Below the pieces are notes generated by a model that did no database searches, was not told the origin of the DNA, and was given only the letters and a program-made list of their open reading frames with translations. A stretch of DNA of 64,000 nucleotides from positions 176,016 through 240,015 of the IMG/VR virus record IMGVR_UViG_3300047499_000113; one strand, written 5' to 3'. A program made the position numbers and the translations under genes. How positions within the stretch are numbered: position 1 is the stretch's first letter; each line of letters opens with the position of its first letter. Of this stretch, positions 57,950 through 64,000 are shown one piece after another.

Positions 57950-58834
57950 TTACGGGGGTCCCCCGGATTCATATTCGCCGTGCGGTTCCTCAGGCGGCTT
58001 GCGCTTCTTGGTAGAAGGCGCCACGGTGCCCTCCTGCTCGGCCTGCTCGCGCTTCTCCTTGTGCACGGCCTTGAGGTCTCCCTTGGCCGTCTGCACGACG
58101 TCGGACTTGTAGAACTTGCGGAACTCGACGATGGGATCGTCGGTCACGCCCTCGACCCTCGTGTCCGGATGCTCGTGAACCTCGAAAGAGTAGTGCCACG
58201 GGATATGGTCTATCTCTATCTTGGCTTCGTAGACGCCGGCGATGTCCACGGTCAGCTCCGGCAGACCGCGATCATTCTTTCCCGCTTTGACTCGCCAACC
58301 CTTCTCGGTCATCTTGTTGGCCAAGTCCTGCATCTCCTTGGTCTCTACCTCCTCACGCCCGGCCATGCGGATTACCGCATGGAGCAATCTCGCCGCTTGA
58401 GGGAGACTCGGAAGCACAGTCGCGTGCCGCAACAGACGGGCAAGGGTGCGAGGGCCGATTCTCTGAGCTTCGGCATCTGCAGCCCAGGCCCGAAGAAGGT
58501 TCGACAGCACTGGAGGAGGCATGTAGTTGTGCATCGAGGGCTCGAGCGCGGCGGCCATCTTCTGCAAAGCCTCATCGCCGGCGGTGCCCGTCTTGAGGAA
58601 GTCGACCAGGAACTTCATCGGCTCGTCGGTGACGGCCTCGTCCTTGTCCGATTCGTCCTCGTAGGCATGGACGCTGACCGCGAACTGCGGACTGGACGTG
58701 GGCTTCAGCTCTACGTAGTAGCTGTCGCTCCGAGCCTCGAAGACTCCATCGCGGAAGCTCGAACGCCAGTGTTCGCCCTTGAAGTAGGTCTTCAAGTCGT
58801 CTACTGTAACCGTAGCAGCAACAAGCCTCTTCAT
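57950..58834 (-). CDS. Hypothetical protein with internal domain duplication
   Basis: Start MKRLVAA at 58834; two 'W(R)...VH...VTD(E/D)P' units. Confidence 0.6.
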   Translation of the reverse strand: MKRLVAATVTVDDLKTYFKGEHWRSSFRDGVFEARSDSYYVELKPTSSPQFAVSVHAYEDESDKDEAVTDEPMKFLVDFLKTGTAGDEALQKMAAALEPSMHNYMPPPVLSNLLRAWAADAEAQRIGPRTLARLLRHATVLPSLPQAARLLHAVIRMAGREEVETKEMQDLANKMTEKGWRVKAGKNDRGLPELTVDIAGVYEAKIEIDHIPWHYSFEVHEHPDTRVEGVTDDPIVEFRKFYKSDVVQTAKGDLKAVHKEKREQAEQEGTVAPSTKKRKPPEEPHGEYESGGPP

Positions 58835-58860
58835 CTCGGTAGAAAGTACCAAATAGAGGC

Positions 58861-59601
58861 TCAGTCGTTTTCGAACTCCTGATCGACGAAGGCGTGGTAA
58901 TCGTCGACGACGTCCTGCGGAATCTCCTCGAACTTGGCGATGTTGACCTCGAGGTCCCACATCTGGCCGTAGGTGTTCATCAGGAGCAGGTTGACGCCGT
59001 CGCGCTCCTTGAGCTTGCCGTCCCAATATTGGGCGAAGCGCGGGAAGTTCCGCAGGGTTTTGGCGACCTCGCGCAGGTATTCGGAGTCGCCGAGGATGTG
59101 CTCGCGCTTGACGCTGCGCGACAGCACGAGATTGAAGGTCTTGAGGAACTGGATGCCGAACTCGCGCGGCGTGTACTTGCCGAGCTTGACGCGGAAGCCC
59201 GCAGTGCACGAACGCAGCGCGCCATCGATTGGCGTCCAGAGAAGGTGGAATCCCCACGGCGGATCGCTCTTGAGCAAGATGAAGCTCGAGCTGTAACCCG
59301 GCGTGTCCTCGTCGACAGTCATGACGACTTCGTACTTGAACTTGTGCTTCTCCGTGCGCACGATGGCGGCTGGAATCTTGACCGTGCTCGGGTGCGCGCC
59401 GGACAAGAGCTGCGGAATCGTCAGCAGGCGGGGATTGAGGACTGACCTCACACCACCTGGTACAATTGTACCCTTCGGATTTTCAGCACAGGACGGTGAC
59501 GAATTTAGGACAACCGATCCTATGTTGAATCCCTCCGAGCGAAGCTGCTCCGCCAAAACCTCGCTCATCGGCTTCTGTGTGGGAGGTCTCCGTTTTCTCA
59601 T
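58861..59601 (-). CDS. Hypothetical protein
   Basis: 246 aa; start uncertain. Confidence 0.5.
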   Translation of the reverse strand: MRKRRPPTQKPMSEVLAEQLRSEGFNIGSVVLNSSPSCAENPKGTIVPGGVRSVLNPRLLTIPQLLSGAHPSTVKIPAAIVRTEKHKFKYEVVMTVDEDTPGYSSSFILLKSDPPWGFHLLWTPIDGALRSCTAGFRVKLGKYTPREFGIQFLKTFNLVLSRSVKREHILGDSEYLREVAKTLRNFPRFAQYWDGKLKERDGVNLLLMNTYGQMWDLEVNIAKFEEIPQDVVDDYHAFVDQEFEND

Positions 59602-60025
59602 GGCAGTAGCCGCACTCGGTTACTACTACCGTGGTGCGACCTTCGCGGCGGACCGAGACCTGGTCCTTCTTGTACTTGGGGCAGTTCTCGGCGTGTACGG
59701 CCGAACCGCACCAGCGGCAGCCGAGCTTGCGGGCGATGTTGGCGGCGTTCTTGGAGCGCTGGTCCTCGCACCGCTCTTTGGAGTGCTCGCCATCGATACC
59801 GCAGAGCTGACACTCGGATGCTGGAGGAGGCGGGATACGAGTCTGCTCGCGAATGAAGTCGGTGCGGCGCGAGTGCTCGCGCTTGAGATACGCGCCGTCG
59901 ACCGGGTGCGGCATCCCGGCGACGTTGAACTTCGCGGTGTCGCCGGCCGGGCAGTCGCACGGCAGGTCGTTGTTGCCGGTCTCTATGACTCCTGTGCCTC
60001 GGCACTTGGGGCAGCTCATGCCCAA
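59483..60025 (-). CDS. Cys-rich multi-zinc-finger hypothetical protein
   Basis: Several CxxC pairs. Confidence 0.45.
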   Translation of the reverse strand: MGMSCPKCRGTGVIETGNNDLPCDCPAGDTAKFNVAGMPHPVDGAYLKREHSRRTDFIREQTRIPPPPASECQLCGIDGEHSKERCEDQRSKNAANIARKLGCRWCGSAVHAENCPKYKKDQVSVRREGRTTVVVTECGYCHEKTETSHTEADERGFGGAASLGGIQHRIGCPKFVTVLC

Positions 60026-60040
60026 GATTACACGGGCCGA

Positions 60041-60430
60041 TCAGCTGCCGTGGACTGCTGCCACCTGGAAGTCCTCTTGCTCGAGGACGAGCAGGGGCTC
60101 GGTGCCATCGGCTTCGTGCTCGCCGGTCCAGCCGAAACCGACCCACTCCTTGCGCACGCGCGCGAGCTTGCGCCGGCGGCCGTTGCCGATCATGCAGCGG
60201 AACTCGGCGGGCATGGGCAGCTTGTCGACCGATTCGACCATCATCGACTGCAAGGTCTTGAACGAGATGGTCTCCCGGTCTTTCCCGGTCAGCTCGTCTC
60301 GCAGCATCTTGGTGCGCGAAGGTTTCGGCGCGGACTTTCTGGCTCGTGACTTCACGCAAGGTCGGTACGGGACAGGACTGCAATTTACAGAATGTTGGTC
60401 CGCGCCGAAGGCGCGGACAAGCTCGGGCAT
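60041..60430 (-). CDS. Hypothetical protein
   Basis: 129 aa; start uncertain. Confidence 0.45.
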   Translation of the reverse strand: MPELVRAFGADQHSVNCSPVPYRPCVKSRARKSAPKPSRTKMLRDELTGKDRETISFKTLQSMMVESVDKLPMPAEFRCMIGNGRRRKLARVRKEWVGFGWTGEHEADGTEPLLVLEQEDFQVAAVHGS

Positions 60431-60461
60431 CTTCCTATGTGTGTCAGACGGGTGACGACTC

Positions 60462-60782
60462 CTAGTCAGCCTCGTCCTGCTCTTTCCACCACTCGATGAA
60501 CCACTTCGTCAGGTGGTAGTAGTGAATCATGGCAGCGACGAAAGTGACGGTCATCACTATCTCGCACCATAGCGGGACGGGCTTGCCTATCATCCAAATG
60601 AAGAAGTGGTCCACGAACTTCACGACGTCATTACGTAGTGCACCGTGCACCGTGTACTCTTCGCAGTTGAATTTCTTGCCGTCCTGCTCGACCTTGGCGG
60701 TGGCCGCAGGCACGTAATCGGGCGGCACGCGGATACGCTCGAATACGCCGCCGCAGCGCTCGCACTTGTAGCGACGGCGCAC
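60462..60782 (-). CDS. Zn-ribbon + TM small protein
   Basis: CERC and a hydrophobic segment. Confidence 0.5.
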   Translation of the reverse strand: MRRRYKCERCGGVFERIRVPPDYVPAATAKVEQDGKKFNCEEYTVHGALRNDVVKFVDHFFIWMIGKPVPLWCEIVMTVTFVAAMIHYYHLTKWFIEWWKEQDEAD

Positions 60783-61875
60783 GGCGCGACCTGACGAAAT
60801 CGTGAACCTTCCGCGGCCCCGCGGCCGCGGGCGGGGCGCCTACGCTCTGGCCGTGACCGAACTTCTTGCAGATGTGACTAGTGGGCAGCACCCACTAATT
60901 GTACATCAGTTCCAGCGGTTGCCGTCCGGCGATCTCGTGCGGGTCTTGCCGGCGGCGGGCTGCGGACCGGACTCGTCCGCATCGGCGTCGCCAATCTCCA
61001 CTTCGTCCTTGTCGCCGGTGACGCCCGCGCATTGAAGCGACTGCGTTTCGACCAGGGCGCCTTCTGCCTTGGGCGGAGGTGGCGATGGTGCAAGTCACGT
61101 AGCCGTCGTTGTCCGAATCGATTTGGGCGCAGTTTGGGCTTGCCCTGAACCTTGATGCCCAGGTCGTCGGCCCACTTCTGCGCGGCCTGCTCGGGCGGAA
61201 CGGTGTTGTGGCGCTCGTCGCAGGCGACCTGCAACCCATCCAGCACAGGGTGAGAATGATGGCTTTCTTCATTTGCACGAGCTGTGCAGCTCGAACGGTC
61301 CAATTTACAGCAGTGGTCAGCGCCGGGCGATGATGCTTTTGGGAATGCGCGCCAGACGCTCTTTTGCGGGCAGCTCGGACTTGTACCAGACGTCGACCAG
61401 CCGGAACATGTTCTTGGTGCAGATTTTGCGGCACATGTTGTCGACTTTCCGGCTCGGACGACCGGGCGAGATGTTCAGGTCCCACATGGACTCGTAGACC
61501 TTGTTCATCAGCTCCATGATTTGGTGCTGGGTCCAGTCCTGCATATGCGCCAGGACGCGCTCTTTCTCACTGATGCGGTTGCAGGAAGACTCGAACTGGC
61601 GAAGGAACTGCTGGCCGAACGCGCCCAGGTCGGCCGGCTCTTTCGTGACGACGATGGGGCTCGACCATGTACTGCGACTTGTCCCGCCAGGCGTACGCCA
61701 GGTAGTGGTGCAGCCACAGGGTGCCGGCGTCGCGGATGAAGATGACGGACGAAATGGACCCGTGTCCGTCTTCGTCGGAAAAGACTGTCCGGGTGGGCGC
61801 TCACTGTTCGAGACTGCTACACTGGCGCGGGATTCATTTGCGAAAATGCCGCTGCCGTAGGCGTACGCTCCCCAG

Positions 61876-62420
61876 GTGAAGCCGAAAAAGTTCGACGTGC
61901 GGGATTTTCCGCTGGAAATCGTGCGGCGTGCGCTGGAAACGGGGCGCCCGGTGTCCCGGTTGGAGACCGTGGGCTACTGCATCCCGGCGCTACTGCTCAT
62001 CTACTACACGTGCTGGTCGGTCTACCGGCAGGGCTACTGGCACTGGGTGGACGCGCTGGAACTCGCCGCCGGCGCGGGCATCTTGTGGCTGTTCATCTAC
62101 AAACATCGGCTGGGCGGCAGGGACCGGCAACTTTTGGCGCGGGCCAAGCAGATGGTCAAAGGAAAGACGCAGTACGAGAGGGAGCGCTGCACGCTGGCCG
62201 AGCAGGCGGAGGTTGCCGAAGGCAGGTGCCCGGACTGCGGCGAAAGTCAGCTGATGGCGGGACCGACTGGCGGGTTCTCGACCAACGTCCAGTGCGGCGA
62301 CGTCGAATGCGGCGCTCTCGCTTCAACATCATGGGCCCGTTCGGCATAGAGCGAATCTCTCCGGCGTCGCCGCGCAAAAGTATCGACCTGTCGAGCCGCG
62401 AAACCCCGTTCAGGAACTAG
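61876..62420 (+). CDS. Membrane protein with C-terminal Zn ribbon; apparent frameshift near 62312
   Basis: Two TM helices, CPDC...C..EC; a plausible end SRFNIMGPFGIERI lies in another frame. Confidence 0.5.
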
Positions 62421-62422
62421 AC

Positions 62423-62686
62423 GTGAAGCCCGATGAGGCGGTTATCCGCTTTGCGAATGTGAACCCGCCGCCCGGACTTTGCTGGCATATGGTCCGGGTC
62501 GACCCGACGAGAATGAACTCGGACTGGAAGCAGTGCCGAGAGCCCGCCCGGCCGTACCTGGCCAGCAACGCGCACGGAGACCACATCTTGCAGTGGGTCT
62601 GCGACTCTTGCGCCCGGAGCGCCCAAATCTTCGGAACTGCACTGAGCGAGGAAGAGGTTGCAGTGGCCGAGGTCATGTGCTCGTGA
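62423..62686 (+). CDS. Small Cys protein ending VMCS
   Basis: ...VAVAEVMCS. Confidence 0.6.
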   Translation: MKPDEAVIRFANVNPPPGLCWHMVRVDPTRMNSDWKQCREPARPYLASNAHGDHILQWVCDSCARSAQIFGTALSEEEVAVAEVMCS

Positions 62687-62707
62687 CGGGATGTAAATTC
62701 CCCGGTA

Positions 62708-62797
62708 CGGACGGCCCCGCCGCGTAGCCGGCCTGGAGTGGACTTCCTCCGGCGGAGGCAGGTTGAAGCTCCCCTGGCGAAAGCGGGTGCCCGTCCG
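62708..62797 (+). ncRNA. Candidate structured non-coding RNA (long imperfect hairpin)
   Basis: Six nested complementary segments; TAAATT -10-like element at 62694-62699. Confidence 0.35.
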
Positions 62798-63121
62798 GTT
62801 GGTCCTCAGACGGTGTAGCTGCTCTGGACGTCGTCGCCCGGATGTCCGTCATCGTCATCGTAGACGGCGGTGACCGAATATTTTTCGGCGACCATCTTGG
62901 CCTCGTCGCCGTACTGGCCGGCTTCCATCGCGTGCAGGGCGTTGAGCATGTCCTGGCACTTGCTCTCCTGCACTTCAATCTCGAGCCAGTCGTCTTCCCA
63001 GTTCTCGATTCTGCCGCCCAGCTTGTCCACGACGGCGGAGAATCCCGCGGCGTACGTGCCGTCCGGGTCCTAATCCAAGTCGTCCGGGTCGCAGCTGATG
63101 TGGATGAAGCGCAGAGGGTCG

Positions 63122-63463
63122 CTACCTACCGCCCGTGCGCGCGTCATACTCCATCGATTCGTAGGCGTCCTCGGTGTGGAACGAATCGATGGCGTCCGAA
63201 GAGTAAACGACCTCGTCGTCCGACTCCCTCACGAGCGACACCGGGTCGTCCGCGTTCGGCACACCAGTCTTGCCGCCAGCATTCGGGTCGAAGTACATGT
63301 AGTAGCCGCCCGGGACCATGACTTTCTCGTCGGCATCGGGCCGGGCCTTCTTCCACTTCGCGATGGTCTGCTCGATGACCCGCATCGACTCCTCGCCGAT
63401 GGCGGGGTCGGGCGGAAGGGCAGCAATTCGGGCAGCGATACGCGCCAGGCGAGTCTCGTCCAT
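63122..63463 (-). CDS. Hypothetical protein with RIAARIA motif
   Basis: MDETRLARIAARIAA; GGAG ribosome-binding site. Confidence 0.65.
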   Translation of the reverse strand: MDETRLARIAARIAALPPDPAIGEESMRVIEQTIAKWKKARPDADEKVMVPGGYYMYFDPNAGGKTGVPNADDPVSLVRESDDEVVYSSDAIDSFHTEDAYESMEYDARTGGR

Positions 63464-63486
63464 GCTCCTGCCCAGCGATTAAAATC

Positions 63487-63816
63487 TCAGGGCGACGGAC
63501 GCAGGCGCTTCCAGACGTCCCAGGAGGCGTTGCACAGTAGGTCGCCCTCCTGGCACCGGCCGTCCGAACCCTTGGCCATCCGCTCGGTCACGTACTGCAT
63601 CGGGCAGTTCTGGTCTTTTCCGAACTTCTCCTTGGACGCCCAAAGCTGGATGGAGTCCTCGGGGCGCAAGACCACCTCGCCCGTCTTCTCGTCGTACGAC
63701 GAGACCACAAGGAACAGGCCGACCTCGACGAAGAACCAACGCTGGCCGTGAGCCAGCTGCATTTGCCCGATGGCTGACTCTACGAATAGCATAGCGCGGC
63801 CGTACGAGGGACCCAC
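63487..63816 (-). CDS. Hypothetical protein
   Basis: 109 aa; start may be 63792. Confidence 0.45.
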   Translation of the reverse strand: MGPSYGRAMLFVESAIGQMQLAHGQRWFFVEVGLFLVVSSYDEKTGEVVLRPEDSIQLWASKEKFGKDQNCPMQYVTERMAKGSDGRCQEGDLLCNASWDVWKRLRPSP

Positions 63817-63982
63817 GAAAACTTTCCCGCAGCAAGCCGGGTCCTCCCCGAAGGCTTTACCGCACAGTTGGCCGCGCGGCCCAGGGACCCGGAAAGAAGG
63901 CTTGCAGCAAGCCGGGAGGACCCAAAAGAAAGTTTCGCGACTGATATACCCCTCGAAAGAAAGTTCGCGACTAATACCCTCG
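63808..63982. repeat. Non-coding region with short direct repeats
   Basis: GCAGCAAGCCGGG at 63829 and 63904; imperfect tandem AAAGAAAGTT(T)CGCGACT..TACCC(C)TCG at 63925-63955 and 63956-63982. Confidence 0.75.
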
Positions 63983-64000
63983 CCCCGGCCCCGCCCGCGC

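Noticed and set aside
59459-59472. Palindrome GGTACAATTGTACC (core TACAATTGTA also at 33793)
   Set aside because: Only two instances, one inside coding sequence; may simply be back-to-back -10-like elements.
1-64000. Alternative genetic code, tRNA or rRNA genes
   Set aside because: Conserved genes are intact under code 11 and end in all three stop codons; no cloverleaf or rRNA sequence was recognised by eye.

Overview
A gene-dense, GC-rich window that looks like part of a jumbo phage or similar large mobile replicon (inference: no rRNA or ribosomal genes, many small unknown ORFs, free-standing HNH nucleases, an intein, an endolysin, BACON/Ig-fold proteins; no capsid or terminase gene is visible). 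The left half (mostly minus strand) is a bacterial-style replication, repair and transcription module: DnaX, HolA, HolB, DnaN-like clamp, primase, 5'-3' exonuclease, RecD2, Mre11/Rad50-like proteins, a Cas4-like nuclease, NAD-dependent ligase, intein-containing class II RNR, NusG and three sigma-like proteins. The right half (mostly plus strand to about 57 kb) holds nucleotide-metabolism and accessory genes. Main observations: (1) at least 12 otherwise unrelated proteins end in a shared C-terminal peptide resembling V-x-x-[VI]-[MH]-[ED]-S-stop, encoded with different synonymous codons, which suggests an undescribed C-terminal tagging or sorting system; (2) a PurZ-type synthetase suggests a 2-aminoadenine (Z) genome, without recognisable DatZ, MazZ or DpoZ in this window; (3) LigA is split into two divergent genes with microhomology at the break; (4) a phased array of DnaA-box-like motifs lies near the strand switch, next to a sigma/Zn-finger/DnaA-C-like fusion gene; (5) many genes have a GTAnnnT -10-like element 5-9 nt before the start codon, implying leaderless transcripts. 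All calls come from motif recognition by eye; no database searches were run.
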